Notes: generated by a model not told the origin, from the letters alone. A DNA stretch of 64,000 nt from Acidobacteriota bacterium (GCA_040007095.1 JBDTVS010000051.1:15739-79738); one strand, 5' to 3'; numbered from the stretch's first letter, positions 19,379-29,354 are shown. Numbers and translations are program-made.

Positions 19379-20707
19379 TTACAGCGTGTCAAGCGCCGAC
19401 AACGCGTCGGTAAAGCCGCACAACGTGTCGGCCGGCTGACACAGGAACGCCTGCAGTGCCTCGCGCCGGTCGAGCGCGGCGTCGACGCGGGGATTTGCTC
19501 CTCGCACGTACGCGCCGACGGTGACGAGATCTTCGGTGTCGCGGATGGTCGACAACCAATCGCGCACCTGCCCCGCCTTCAGGCGATGATCGGCGGTCGT
19601 CACATCGGGCATGGTCCGGCTGATGCTCTGGAGCACGTCGATGGCGGGATAGTGATTGCGCTGCGCGAGATCGCGCGACAGGACGATGTGGCCGTCGAGA
19701 ATCGAGCGTACCGCGTCGGCAATCGGCTCGTTGGTATCGTCGCCATCGACCAGCACGGTGTACAGCGCGGTAATGCTGCCGTGTCCGCGCACGTTGCCCG
19801 CGCGCTCGAGCAGCGACGGCAGCAGCGCGAACACCGATGGCGGATAGCCTTTGGCGGTCGGCGGCTCGCCGGCGGCCAGGCCGACTTCGCGCTGCGCCAT
19901 CGCAAATCGTGTGACCGAGTCCATCATCAGGAGCACGCTCTTCCCCTGGTCGCGAAAATGCTCGGCGATCGCAGTGGCCGCATAGGCCGCGCGCATCCGC
20001 ATCAGCGGCGGGCTGTCTGAGGTCGACACGACCACGACGGAGCGGGCCAGACCCTCGGCGCCGAGATCGTGATCGAGAAACGAACGGACTTCACGGCCGC
20101 GCTCGCCGACCAGCGCCATCACGACGACGTCGGCCGACGTGCCGCGCGCCATCATGCCGAGCAGCGTGCTCTTGCCGACGCCGCTGCCGCCGAACAGCCC
20201 GACGCGCTGGCCACGGCCGCAGGTCAGCATCGTGTCGATGACGCGAACGCCGGTTTCAATCGGCGCGAAGATCGGCTCGCGGGCGAGCGGGTTGACGGGT
20301 GCGCGCTGCAGCGGCGTGGTGACGGCGGTCTGGATCGGGCCGAGGTCGTCGAGCGGCCGGCCGAATGGATCGATCACGCGGCCCAGCACAGCATCGCCGG
20401 CCGCCACCAATGCCAGCGATCCGCGCGACACGATGCGGTCGCCCGGTCGAATGCCTGCCGTCACGCCGAGCGGCACCGACTGTAAATACCCTTCGCGAAA
20501 TCCGACGACTTCGACCACCAGCGGCGGCTCTCCCGACGCGCTGAAGATCTCGCACACCTCGCCGACTCGCGCCCTCGGGCCGACCGACTCAATCAGGAGT
20601 CCGACGACACGGACAACGCGGCCGGAGAGTGGCGTCAGGTCGGCGCGCTGAAGCGCTTTGAGGTACGTGTCGAGGGGGATGCCGTTATGCGGCGGCCGCG
20701 GTGCCAT
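19379..20707 (-). CDS. fliI: Flagellar export ATPase FliI
   Basis: Walker A GGSGVGKS; 'GERGREV', 'MDSVTRFAMAQRE' and 'LDGHIVLSR'. Confidence 0.97.
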   Translation of the reverse strand: MAPRPPHNGIPLDTYLKALQRADLTPLSGRVVRVVGLLIESVGPRARVGEVCEIFSASGEPPLVVEVVGFREGYLQSVPLGVTAGIRPGDRIVSRGSLALVAAGDAVLGRVIDPFGRPLDDLGPIQTAVTTPLQRAPVNPLAREPIFAPIETGVRVIDTMLTCGRGQRVGLFGGSGVGKSTLLGMMARGTSADVVVMALVGERGREVRSFLDHDLGAEGLARSVVVVSTSDSPPLMRMRAAYAATAIAEHFRDQGKSVLLMMDSVTRFAMAQREVGLAAGEPPTAKGYPPSVFALLPSLLERAGNVRGHGSITALYTVLVDGDDTNEPIADAVRSILDGHIVLSRDLAQRNHYPAIDVLQSISRTMPDVTTADHRLKAGQVRDWLSTIRDTEDLVTVGAYVRGANPRVDAALDRREALQAFLCQPADTLCGFTDALSALDTL

Positions 20708-21386
20708 GGCGTGCCTCCGTGCGATCGGTATCGGCGACGTCACCACCGAGCAACGTGCGGGCGAGCTCGGCGAACTGGCTCTCGAGACCGACCTTCATCA
20801 GGCCGGCATCACATTGCACGAGGCACCCGCCGCGCTCGACGGACGAATCGGCGACCACCGTCAACTGGTCGCCCGCCGAGGCCCGATCGGGCGACCGATC
20901 GACGATGGCGTAATCATCGGGATGAAGGCGAACCGTCGCGACTTCGTGATCCCCCAGCCGGTCGAGCGCCACACGGGCCATCCCGAGGAGCAATCCCCGA
21001 TCGACGTTCAGCTCCCGTTGGAGCATCTGTTTGGCAATGGCCATCGCGAGCTCCACAACTTGCTGCTCGGTCCGGCGGATCATCGCCTGTCGAGTCGACG
21101 ACACCTCGTCGATGGCTCCGGCGAGACGCCCGAGCAGCCCGCGGGCCTGCGCACCGGCCGCCTCGGCGCCGGCACGCTCACCCTGCTGGTAACCCTTGGC
21201 GAAGGCGTCGCGCTCGATCTCGGCGAGACGACGCTCGTCGACCAGCGTGGCGCCGTGTGTCGTCGACGGCTCCTCGTAGACGTCGACCGTCTCGAAGGTT
21301 ACCGGCGCCGGCGGCAGCGCCGCGAAGCCCGCCCGCCAGTCGTAGGGACTGACTTCATCCTGTACCAGTCTTGCTCTAGACGACAT
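20685..21386 (-). CDS. fliH: Flagellar assembly protein FliH
   Basis: GxxxG repeats 'AFAKGYQQGERAG'; 'VRLHPDD' and 'GGCLV'. Confidence 0.92.
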   Translation of the reverse strand: MSSRARLVQDEVSPYDWRAGFAALPPAPVTFETVDVYEEPSTTHGATLVDERRLAEIERDAFAKGYQQGERAGAEAAGAQARGLLGRLAGAIDEVSSTRQAMIRRTEQQVVELAMAIAKQMLQRELNVDRGLLLGMARVALDRLGDHEVATVRLHPDDYAIVDRSPDRASAGDQLTVVADSSVERGGCLVQCDAGLMKVGLESQFAELARTLLGGDVADTDRTEARHGTAAAA

Positions 21387-22389
21387 AGGCCTCCCCTGCG
21401 GCAGCGCCGGTGACAATCAAGCCTTCCTCTTCGAGCTTCCGGGTAATCGCCACCACTTCGTGTTGCGCCTTCTCGACCTCGCGCATCCGGACGGCGCCCA
21501 TCGCGTCGATCTCTTCCTTCAGCATCTCGGCGGCGCGTTTCGACATGTTCGCCAGGAACCGTGCACGAATGTCCTCGCTGGCGCCCTTGAGGGCGATGGC
21601 CAGAGCTTTCTTGTCGACACGCTGGATGATCTCGCGCAGGCCGTTGTCCTCGACGTGCTGCAGGTCGTCGAAGACGAACATCAGGTTGCGGATCGACACG
21701 GCCAGTTCCGGTGAGCCGGCCTCGATCGTTTCGAGCACCGACTGGCTGACGGAGCGATCGAGCCGGTTGCATAGCTCGGCGACCGCGCGGATGCCGCCGT
21801 GCTGCTCGCGGCTGAGTCCGCCAACCGTCTTGAGCCGTTGCTCGATGACCGCGGAAATGCGGGTGATGACTTCCGGCGAGATCTCGTCCAGATTCGCCAT
21901 CCGCGCGAGCACGTCGGCGCGCAGCGCGTCGGGCAGCAGCGAGACGAGTTGGGCGGCGTTGCCGGCGTTGAGGTGCGCGAGAATCAAGGCAATCGTCTGC
22001 GGATGCTCGGCCAGAATGAACTTCGACAGCTGCTGGGGGTCGGTCTTCTCCAGCGTCGCAAAGCCCGCGGTCGTCTTGAACGATTTCACGACACGGTCGA
22101 GAATGCGTGACGCGTCTTCCTTGCCGAACGAACGTTGCAGCAGCCGGCGCGCGTAGTCCACGCCGCCGCGCGTGACGTAGTTCGCGGCGCGGCTCAGCTG
22201 ATCGAACTCCTCGAGCACCCGCTCGCCTGCCTCCGAGTTGACCTGGCCGAGAGCAGCGACCTCCTTGGCGATTTTCTCGACCTCGTCTTCATGGAGGTGT
22301 TTGAATATCTCGCCGGACGCTTCTTCACCAAGCGCCATGACCAGGATGGCGGCCTTGCGCGTTCCCGACAACGCCGTCATGACAGCCAT
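21376..22389 (-). CDS. fliG: Motor switch protein FliG
   Basis: 'KAAIL', 'EHPQTIALIL', 'MFVFDDL' and 'NMSKRAAEML'. Confidence 0.97.
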   Translation of the reverse strand: MAVMTALSGTRKAAILVMALGEEASGEIFKHLHEDEVEKIAKEVAALGQVNSEAGERVLEEFDQLSRAANYVTRGGVDYARRLLQRSFGKEDASRILDRVVKSFKTTAGFATLEKTDPQQLSKFILAEHPQTIALILAHLNAGNAAQLVSLLPDALRADVLARMANLDEISPEVITRISAVIEQRLKTVGGLSREQHGGIRAVAELCNRLDRSVSQSVLETIEAGSPELAVSIRNLMFVFDDLQHVEDNGLREIIQRVDKKALAIALKGASEDIRARFLANMSKRAAEMLKEEIDAMGAVRMREVEKAQHEVVAITRKLEEEGLIVTGAAAGEAYVV

Positions 22390-24017
22390 TATCGAGTCTC
22401 CTCGGTCAGCCATTTTTGGATCAGGCGCGCGGCGTTCTCCGGCTCGGCCTGCGTCTGCTTGACCACACGACGCGTCAGCCCGGGCGCACGGCGCACCAAC
22501 GGCTCATCGTCGTCGAGCGCCGCCTCCAACTCGCCCTGTGCGTCGGCGATCGTCCGCGGTCCCTGCGGCGCCGCGATCGCCCGCTGGCTCTCGACCACCG
22601 CGGCACCCAACGTCCGTCGCACCGTCGGGCGGACCACACCGAACACCACCAACAAGGCGACCAGCAGGACCGCCACGATCCGGGCGCCGTCGAACATCAT
22701 GGGCGAGAAGCGGCGCCACCAGGGCAACTTCACGGACTCCTCGACGACCGGTTCCTCGAATGCGATGTTCTCGACGGTGAGTCGATCGCCTCGCTCTTCG
22801 TCGAAGCCGACCGCTGCGGCGACGACGCCGTGGATCTTCTCGATCTCAGCCGCCGACCTGGGCTTGCCCTTGCCGGTCTGTCCGCCAGTGCGCTCGTCGT
22901 CGAGCAGCACCGCGACCGAGAGCTTGGCAATCTGTCCCTGCGGCTGAATGCGATGGGTCGTGACCTTGCCGACCTCGTAGTTGGTTCGCTCCTGCGTGTG
23001 TGTCGCCTGGGCCAACGCCGGCGCAGGGGCCGCGGCCTGAACCGGGGGGGTGGCCGCCGAATTGGGCGCAACCGGCGGCGGCAGGTTCGCGCGAACGCCC
23101 GCCAACCCCTGCGCCGTCCCAGCGGCGGCGCCGCCCTGGACCACGCTCTCATGACTGCGGATGACCGGCGTCGGATCGAAGCGCTCCACCGTCTCTTCCT
23201 GGGTGTCGGTGTTCAGCTTGGCGCTGATGTTCACGCGGACGTGCGCGGGACCGACAATCGGCTCGAGCAGCGAAACCACGCGCGCCGAGAGATCACGCTC
23301 GATGCGCTGTTGACGCTCGGCCTGGAACATGCCGTTCGACTCCTCGCGGCCGTCGGTGGATCGGGTCAGCGGCCGTCCGAAGTTGTCGATGATGACCACC
23401 CCTTCGGGGCGGAGCCCTTCCACGCCGGCCGCAATCAATCCGGTGATGGATGCGGCCGTCGTCGAGGACAGCGGCTTGTTGCCGCGCAGCTTGAGGACGA
23501 CCGACGCGGTCGCCGCCTGATCCTGAGAGGCAAACAACGACGGGCGCGCCATCGCGATATGGACTCGCGCGCTCGAGACTTCCGCAATGGTGCCAATCGT
23601 GCGCGCCAGCTCGCCCTCGAGCGCCCGGCGGTAGTTCACGTGCTCGAGGAAGTCGGTCACCCCGAACGACGTCCGGTCGAAAATCTCGAAACCGATGCGT
23701 CCCGATGCCGGCATACCCTGCGCCGCAGCCTCGAGGCGCAGTTCGTCGAGGCGCCCGACCGGCACCCGGATCGTTTTACCCCCGTCGTCCAGGATGTATT
23801 GCACCTTCTGCGTTTTGAGCCGGGTGACCACGCTATTGGCGGCCTCGGGGTCCATGTCGGCGAAGAGCACGCCGTAAGTGGGAGTATTGACCCAGTAGGC
23901 CGAGCCGACGACCAGCCCGACAACGACAATGAAGACGGCCGCCAGCGAGGCGATTTGCGCCCCATTCAAGGCGGCGGCGGCAGTCCGTAAGCGATCGATC
24001 AGTGGTTGAAAATTCAC
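22389..24017 (-). CDS. fliF: MS-ring protein FliF
   Basis: 'GFEIFDRTSFGVTDF..VNYRRALEGELARTI'; two transmembrane segments. Confidence 0.97.
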   Translation of the reverse strand: MNFQPLIDRLRTAAAALNGAQIASLAAVFIVVVGLVVGSAYWVNTPTYGVLFADMDPEAANSVVTRLKTQKVQYILDDGGKTIRVPVGRLDELRLEAAAQGMPASGRIGFEIFDRTSFGVTDFLEHVNYRRALEGELARTIGTIAEVSSARVHIAMARPSLFASQDQAATASVVLKLRGNKPLSSTTAASITGLIAAGVEGLRPEGVVIIDNFGRPLTRSTDGREESNGMFQAERQQRIERDLSARVVSLLEPIVGPAHVRVNISAKLNTDTQEETVERFDPTPVIRSHESVVQGGAAAGTAQGLAGVRANLPPPVAPNSAATPPVQAAAPAPALAQATHTQERTNYEVGKVTTHRIQPQGQIAKLSVAVLLDDERTGGQTGKGKPRSAAEIEKIHGVVAAAVGFDEERGDRLTVENIAFEEPVVEESVKLPWWRRFSPMMFDGARIVAVLLVALLVVFGVVRPTVRRTLGAAVVESQRAIAAPQGPRTIADAQGELEAALDDDEPLVRRAPGLTRRVVKQTQAEPENAARLIQKWLTEETR

Positions 24018-24050
24018 AGCAGGCTCTTGGCAGCAATGAAGAAAAGCGAC

Positions 24051-24350
24051 TTAGATGGGCATCCGCATGATGTCCTGATACGCCGAGACGAGCTTGTTCC
24101 GCACTTGAATGGTGAGTTCGAGCGTCGTTTGCGCGCGCTGCAACGCGAGCATCGCGTCGTGGACGTCGCCGGTGCCGTCGAGCATCCCGGTAACCGCCGT
24201 GTTCGCTTCGCCGGCGGTATTGTCCACCGATGCAAGAATCGCCTGGAGCGCGTCGCCAAAGCCTGGCGCGCCGCTGGACGGGGCGACCGCTTTGGGGAGG
24301 CTGCCGCCTTTAGCGAGAGAGACCGGGGCTGAATCGAATTGAACGGCCAT
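24051..24350 (-). CDS. fliE: Hook-basal body protein FliE
   Basis: 'QVRNKLVSAYQDIMRMPI'. Confidence 0.96.
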   Translation of the reverse strand: MAVQFDSAPVSLAKGGSLPKAVAPSSGAPGFGDALQAILASVDNTAGEANTAVTGMLDGTGDVHDAMLALQRAQTTLELTIQVRNKLVSAYQDIMRMPI

Positions 24351-24353
24351 CGC

Positions 24354-24782
24354 TTACTTCCCCAGTTCCATGGCGCGGGAGATCAGATCCTTGATGAGGC
24401 CGATGGCCGTCAGGTTCGCCTGATAGGCTCTGGTCGCGGACAGCATGTCGACCATCTGCCCGGGCACATCGACGTTGGGCATCGACACGAAGCCTTCTGC
24501 ATCCGCATCGGGATGGGCGGGATCGTATCGGCGGGCGAACGGCGCCCGATCTTCGACGATGTCGGCGACTTTGACGCCGACGGCGCCGGTCCGTCCCATG
24601 GCGTCGTCGAAGCTCTCGACCGGGTTGGACGCCAGCACGACGTCGCGGCGACGATACGGCTGCCCGTTCACGCCGCGCGTCGACTCGGCGTTGGCCATGT
24701 TCGAGACGGCGACTTCGATTCGCGAGCGCTCCGCGGTCAGCGCGCTGGCGCTGGCGCTCATCGCGGCATGTAATGTGGACAT
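24354..24782 (-). CDS. flgC: Basal-body rod protein FlgC
   Basis: 'NMANAESTR', 'YDPAHPDAD..G.V.MPNV' and 'RAYQAN'. Confidence 0.97.
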   Translation of the reverse strand: MSTLHAAMSASASALTAERSRIEVAVSNMANAESTRGVNGQPYRRRDVVLASNPVESFDDAMGRTGAVGVKVADIVEDRAPFARRYDPAHPDADAEGFVSMPNVDVPGQMVDMLSATRAYQANLTAIGLIKDLISRAMELGK

Positions 24783-24784
24783 CG

Positions 24785-25186
24785 TTATTTGCTTTCGTTG
24801 ATCGCGTAGCGGACCAGTCTGAACTTCGCCGACAGCGCGGTCTGCGCGGCCGTGAAGTCGCCCGCGGCGCGGGTCATGTGCAACAGCTCGCGATCGAGCT
24901 GGACGTTGTTGCCGTCGCGGCGCGTCGCCAATCCCTCGGCGTCTTCGAGCTCACCCGATGGCACGGCAGGCTGTCCGGTGAGATGGCCTCGCTGAGTCAC
25001 TGCCAGCTTCTCGCCGCCAGGCAGCACCTGGTTGAGCGCCTCATCGAACGACACGTCGCGGGTGCGGTAATTCGGGGTGTCGAGATTGGCCAGGTTGCTC
25101 GCCGCCACTGACTGCTTGGCCACCGCGACCGTCAACTGACGGCCGAGAGCGCTCATAATCGAACGATCCGTGATGATGTCGTTCAT
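24785..25186 (-). CDS. flgB: Basal-body rod protein FlgB
   Basis: 'SNLANLDTPNY..RDVSF' and 'RRDGNNVQLDREL'; AGGAG RBS before the ATG at 25186. Confidence 0.95.
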   Translation of the reverse strand: MNDIITDRSIMSALGRQLTVAVAKQSVAASNLANLDTPNYRTRDVSFDEALNQVLPGGEKLAVTQRGHLTGQPAVPSGELEDAEGLATRRDGNNVQLDRELLHMTRAAGDFTAAQTALSAKFRLVRYAINESK

Positions 25187-25259
25187 ATCTCTCCTGTCCG
25201 AATTCACCCTGACCATCCACTCGACGCTGGAGGTTGACTGACTGCTTGCTGGACAGCCG

Positions 25260-25275
25260 AGCAAGAATGGTGCCC
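25260..25275 (-). promoter_or_regulatory. Sigma54 (-24/-12) promoter for the flgB operon
   Basis: Minus strand GGGCACCATTCTTGCT, close to the consensus TGGCAC-N5-TTGCW, about 75 bp upstream of flgB. Confidence 0.72.
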
Positions 25276-25336
25276 GGCCGAGGTAGGCTGCTGCGCGAGG
25301 GATGCGGAAGGTGGGATGCGGCTGCGGAGACCCCAT

Positions 25337-25358
25337 CCATGTCGGCATGACGACATGG
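25337..25358. promoter_or_regulatory. Putative enhancer site (perfect palindrome)
   Basis: CCATGTCG-GCATGA-CGACATGG, upstream of the flgB sigma54 promoter. Confidence 0.55.
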
Positions 25359-25415
25359 TGACGGTTTCCGGCATCACGAAGACGCGGCCGGTGAGCGGAC
25401 TGACGAGCAGACTGA

Positions 25416-25880
25416 CTATGTACTACACGGACAAAGTGAACCAGCGGCCCTTTCCATGGTGCCGGCCGGCTCGGACTTGAGGCGCCCGGTGAACTCCTGG
25501 ACGATGCCGTCGAGTGTCCCCAGCTTGAAGGGCTTCCGGATGTACTCGTGCGCGCCGAGACTGAACGCTTTCTTTGCGGAGTCGAGAGAGCCGTACCCGG
25601 TGAGCATGACGACCTTGGTACCGGCGTTGGCTTGACGGGCCGCGCGCAACACGTCGAACCCGTCCGCGCCAGGCATGTTGATGTCGGTGAGCACCAGACC
25701 GAAGCGGCCGTTGGAATGCTCCAGGGCGGCGACGGCGGCTCGACCGTCGGACAGTGTCGTCACCACCAGGCCTTGAGCGAGCAGGTGATCGGCGAGCAGT
25801 TCGCGGATTCCGATCTCGTCATCAACGACGAGTACTTCCGAACCTAACCGCCCACGACTCTTGTTACAACTCTCAGGCAT
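25416..25880 (-). CDS. Single-domain response regulator (REC)
   Basis: 'VLVVDDE', 'LTDINMPGADG', 'MLTGYG' and 'RKPF'. Confidence 0.88.
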   Translation of the reverse strand: MPESCNKSRGRLGSEVLVVDDEIGIRELLADHLLAQGLVVTTLSDGRAAVAALEHSNGRFGLVLTDINMPGADGFDVLRAARQANAGTKVVMLTGYGSLDSAKKAFSLGAHEYIRKPFKLGTLDGIVQEFTGRLKSEPAGTMERAAGSLCPCST

Positions 25881-25890
25881 AACGCTTGCT
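25875..25890 (+). promoter_or_regulatory. Candidate sigma54 promoter facing the sigma54 activator gene
   Basis: AGGCATAACGCTTGCT = GG-N10-GC with TTGCT. Confidence 0.45.
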
Positions 25891-25915
25891 TAATCGAACC
25901 TCGGTTCGCCCTTCG

Positions 25916-25931
25916 TGTCAGGTAATCGACA
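25916..25931. promoter_or_regulatory. Putative activator-binding palindrome
   Basis: TGTCA-GGTAAT-CGACA, the same family as 7308 and 25337. Confidence 0.45.
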
Positions 25932-26072
25932 GAACCCACCGAACCTTGAGATTCTCTGCAGAAAGCGCAAGTTTCAAATTGACGTCCCATCGGACAAGCG
26001 ATATCGTCCGAAGCTGAGCCATTCCTCCAGCCCGGCGGATCGTCCGACAACACGACACAGGGAACAGCCCCC

Positions 26073-27491
26073 ATGAGCGAGCGCACTACAATTCCTGCGG
26101 AGCGGCCACGACCCACGGTCTTACTCGTCGACGACGAGCTGGAGTCTCTGGCACTGATGGCGGACGCGCTTGAGGCCGACGGGTTTTCCGTCGCCCAAAC
26201 GCCTAACGGCAAGGACGCCGTCGAGCGGCTGCATGGTTTCGCCTACGACGCGTTGATCGTCGACTTGCGCCTGCCCGACTCCAACGGCATGGACGTGCTG
26301 AACGAGGCGCTGTCGCTCTACCCGGAGATCCGTGCGGTCGTGATCACCGGTTTTGGCGGTGTCTCCGACGCCGTCGAGGCCATCAAGCGCGGAGCCGTCG
26401 ATTTCCTGATCAAGCCCTTCCCGCTCGCCCAGATGGCGCGGGTGCTGCAGGCCGCCTTCGAGCAACAGCGGCTGCGAAAGGAGAACGAAGCGCTGCGGTC
26501 GCAAATCCACGAGCGTTTCAGCTTCGACAACATCATCGGGAACAGCGAGCCGCTCCAGAAGATCTTCCAGACAATCCGGCTGGTGGCGCCGATGAACAGC
26601 ACGGTGCTCATTCAAGGCGAGACCGGCACGGGCAAGGAGCTCATCGCGCGCACGATCCACGCGCACAGCCCGCGGCGCGATCAGCAGTTTGTCGCCTTCA
26701 ACGCGGCGGCGATTCCGGAGTCGCTCGCCGAAGCCGAGCTTTTCGGCCACGTCAAGGGCGCGTTCACCGGCGCGGTCAGCGCGAGGGTGGGCCGCTTCGA
26801 GCTGGCGCACCGCGGCACGCTGTTCATCGACGAGGTCGCGGAAATGTCGGCCCCGCTCCAGGCCAAGCTGCTTCGGGCGCTTCAGGAGCGGACGATGGAG
26901 CGCGTGGGCGATTCCCGTTCCGTCGCGTTCGACATTCGAGTCGTCGCGGCGTCCAACGTCGACCTCAAAGCCCTGGTCAAGGAAGGCAAGTTTCGCGAAG
27001 ACCTCTTCTATCGGCTGAACGTGGTGCCCATCACGCTGCCCCCCTTGCGGACGCGGCGCGACGACATCCCGATGCTGGCGCAGCACTTCGTCCGGCAGTC
27101 GTACAAGACGAACGGCTTGTCGCCGCGCACCATCGGACAGGATGCGATGCGCGCCCTCATGAACTATAGCTGGCCCGGCAACATCCGACAGTTCGAGAAC
27201 GCGATCGAGCACGCGGTGGCGATGAGCGGGACGTCGACGGAAATCGGCGTCGACATGCTGCCGGCCGAGCTGCGCGAGACCGGACAGCTAGGGATGCGCT
27301 CCGAGATCACGATCCCGGACGAAGGGATCAATTTCGTTTCGGTGGTGTCGCAGCTCGAGCGGGATTTGATTCTGCGATGCCTGGAAAAGACCGGCGGCAA
27401 CAAGCGGCAGGCCGCGCGGCTTCTTCAGCTCAGCCGCACCACGCTCATCGACAAGCTGCAGCGATTGAGCGCAACGATTGCCGCGGCCTGA
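26073..27491 (+). CDS. Sigma54-dependent NtrC-family response regulator (likely flagellar activator)
   Basis: REC, AAA+ (GETGTGKE, GAFTGA, 'FREDLFYRLNV', 'WPGNIRQ') and Fis-type HTH domains; transcribed divergently from the flgB operon. Confidence 0.95.
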   Translation: MSERTTIPAERPRPTVLLVDDELESLALMADALEADGFSVAQTPNGKDAVERLHGFAYDALIVDLRLPDSNGMDVLNEALSLYPEIRAVVITGFGGVSDAVEAIKRGAVDFLIKPFPLAQMARVLQAAFEQQRLRKENEALRSQIHERFSFDNIIGNSEPLQKIFQTIRLVAPMNSTVLIQGETGTGKELIARTIHAHSPRRDQQFVAFNAAAIPESLAEAELFGHVKGAFTGAVSARVGRFELAHRGTLFIDEVAEMSAPLQAKLLRALQERTMERVGDSRSVAFDIRVVAASNVDLKALVKEGKFREDLFYRLNVVPITLPPLRTRRDDIPMLAQHFVRQSYKTNGLSPRTIGQDAMRALMNYSWPGNIRQFENAIEHAVAMSGTSTEIGVDMLPAELRETGQLGMRSEITIPDEGINFVSVVSQLERDLILRCLEKTGGNKRQAARLLQLSRTTLIDKLQRLSATIAAA

Positions 27492-27546
27492 GATCGAGCG
27501 GGGCCGCCAGCAGCGTCCGTTGCAGGCTCGACGTTCACTCCGCGCG

Positions 27547-28251
27547 TTACACGCTCGCTGGCAGCCGGATTCTCATCGTCGTACCCACCGCCGCATCGTC
27601 GACGTCGAGATGTCCACCGTGTTGCTCGGCGATCCGCGCGGAGAGCCACAACCCGAACCCTGACAGGCCGGGGCCGAGCACCGGCCGCGTAGCCCCGTCG
27701 GCCAGCCGGGCCCGTTCGTCCGCCCCGAGTCCTGGCCCGCTGTCGACGAACAGGACGCTCCACTCCCGATCCGAGCGCTCGAACCGGATATGGAGCGCCG
27801 AGTCTGGCCGGCCCGCCAGCGCTACCTCGACGTTCAGGAGTAGATTCAGGAACAGCTGAAGGAGACGGCGCCGATCGGCCGGGACCACGCACGACACGCC
27901 GCTCGGACGGTCGACCGTGACCGTGATGCGGGCACGGCTGAGCGAGAAAGCGCGCAGCGCGACGGCGTCGTCCGCCAGGCGGATCAGGTCCACCATCTGG
28001 CGCCCGCCGCCATCGGACCGCGTAATCGACGAGAGGCCCTCGAGCGTCGCGGCAATGCGCTCCGCCTGCGAGGCAATCGCCTGCACCCGGCGCTGCTCGG
28101 TCGGCCCGAGCGTCGACCGGAGCCCGAGCATTTCGGCGCTGCCGCCAATCACCTGCAGGGCGTTGTTGATGTCGTGGGCGGCGTTCGATACGACCCGCGC
28201 GACAATGCGCAGCCGGTTTACCTCGAGAAGCTCTTCAAAATCGAGGCTCAT
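27547..28251 (-). CDS. Cytoplasmic histidine kinase lacking a sensor domain
   Basis: H-box 'AHDINNAL', N-box 'QLFLNLLLN', G1 'DSGPG' and G2 'GFGLW'; F-box degenerate; about 234 aa. Confidence 0.85.
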   Translation of the reverse strand: MSLDFEELLEVNRLRIVARVVSNAAHDINNALQVIGGSAEMLGLRSTLGPTEQRRVQAIASQAERIAATLEGLSSITRSDGGGRQMVDLIRLADDAVALRAFSLSRARITVTVDRPSGVSCVVPADRRRLLQLFLNLLLNVEVALAGRPDSALHIRFERSDREWSVLFVDSGPGLGADERARLADGATRPVLGPGLSGFGLWLSARIAEQHGGHLDVDDAAVGTTMRIRLPASV

Positions 28252-28418
28252 GAGGGGGGCCGCACGGCCGACGACAGGAAATGGATGTCGGAGGGCATCA
28301 GCAAGACCGCCAGGGGAGTGTAGAGGGTCGCGCAGATCGGGGTCAAGTAACCCTGGCGTGTCTCGCACTCCTGGCCGGGCCGCGAAGCCTCCCGCCAGCG
28401 GTCATGGAACCAGCGGAT

Positions 28419-28445
28419 TCAACTCGCGTCGGGTCCTGCCGATTA
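28419..28445 (+). promoter_or_regulatory. Sigma28 (FliA) promoter upstream of cheY-cheX
   Basis: TCAA-N15-GCCGATTA versus the consensus TAAA-N15-GCCGATAA, about 40 bp before the cheY ATG. Confidence 0.6.
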
Positions 28446-28483
28446 CCCGCCCGGACCTTGTGACTAACCTTGCGGAGAAAGCC

Positions 28484-28849
28484 ATGCGATTTCTGGTCGT
28501 AGACGATTCAACCACCATGCGGCGCATCATCATCAACACCCTGAACAAAGTCGGGTACCAGAACTGCGCCGAGGCGGCCAACGGCAGGGAAGGCATGGAG
28601 CGCCTCGCCGAGTCCGGCGCGGACATCGTGATCACGGATTGGAACATGCCGGAAATGAGCGGCATCGAGTTCATCCGGGCGATTCGGGCGAACGCCGCCA
28701 CCAAGGACCTGCCGGTCCTGATGGTCACCACCAACGCGGCCAAAGACGACATCGTCGAGGCACTGCGGGCCGGCATCAACAGCTACGTCGTGAAGCCGTT
28801 CACGCCCGATACGATCAAGCACAAAATCGAAGCGATGCTCGCGCACTGA
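28484..28849 (+). CDS. cheY: Chemotaxis response regulator CheY
   Basis: 'FLVVDDSTTMRRII', 'TDWNMPEMSG', 'LMVT' and 'YVVKPFT'. Confidence 0.93.
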   Translation: MRFLVVDDSTTMRRIIINTLNKVGYQNCAEAANGREGMERLAESGADIVITDWNMPEMSGIEFIRAIRANAATKDLPVLMVTTNAAKDDIVEALRAGINSYVVKPFTPDTIKHKIEAMLAH

Positions 28850-28877
28850 GCTGCGCATCGAGCGGAGAGCCTTAATC

Positions 28878-29354
28878 ATGAATCAGATTCCGACAGAGAT
28901 GCTGTCCGTCCTCATCGAGTCGACCCAGGAAGTGTTCGAGATGATGGTCTTCCAACCACTGGGATCTCAGACCCCGATCGAGGGCGAGGCGCTCCGGCCG
29001 CGTTCGAACGTCGTCGGCACCGTGGCCTTCGCCGGCGAGCGCAGCGGTGTCGTGGCCTTCTACAGCACCACGGCAACGGCCCAGGCGATCACCGGCCTCA
29101 TGCTGGGCATTCCGGCGGCCGACGTCAACGGCGAAATGCCGGATGCCATCGGCGAGATCACCAACATGATCGCGGGAACGTTTCGAACCAAAATGGCGGC
29201 CACGGGCTCCCGTTGGGCCATCTCCATCCCGACGGTGACGATTGGATCGGACTTCTACACGAAGTATGTGAGCGATGTGCGGCGCGTCCTCTGTCCCTTC
29301 ACGATGAGTGAGGGCAACGAGATATTCGTGGAGCTCATTCTTACGCAGAACTGA
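28878..29354 (+). CDS. cheX: Chemotaxis phosphatase CheX
   Basis: 'DAIGEITNMIAG' and 'ISIPTV'. Confidence 0.9.
   Translation: MNQIPTEMLSVLIESTQEVFEMMVFQPLGSQTPIEGEALRPRSNVVGTVAFAGERSGVVAFYSTTATAQAITGLMLGIPAADVNGEMPDAIGEITNMIAGTFRTKMAATGSRWAISIPTVTIGSDFYTKYVSDVRRVLCPFTMSEGNEIFVELILTQN

Noticed and set aside
1708-23990. Long plus-strand ORFs antisense to flhA, cheRW, flgE and fliF (e.g. 1708-3177, 10180-11826, 17380-18663, 22416-23990)
   Set aside because: They are shadow frames typical of high-GC genes, R/H/G-rich and without recognisable motifs.
27917-28483. N-terminal extension of CheY in the 310-aa ORF call
   Set aside because: It overlaps the kinase on the opposite strand; the RBS, promoter and CheY motif support a start at 28484.
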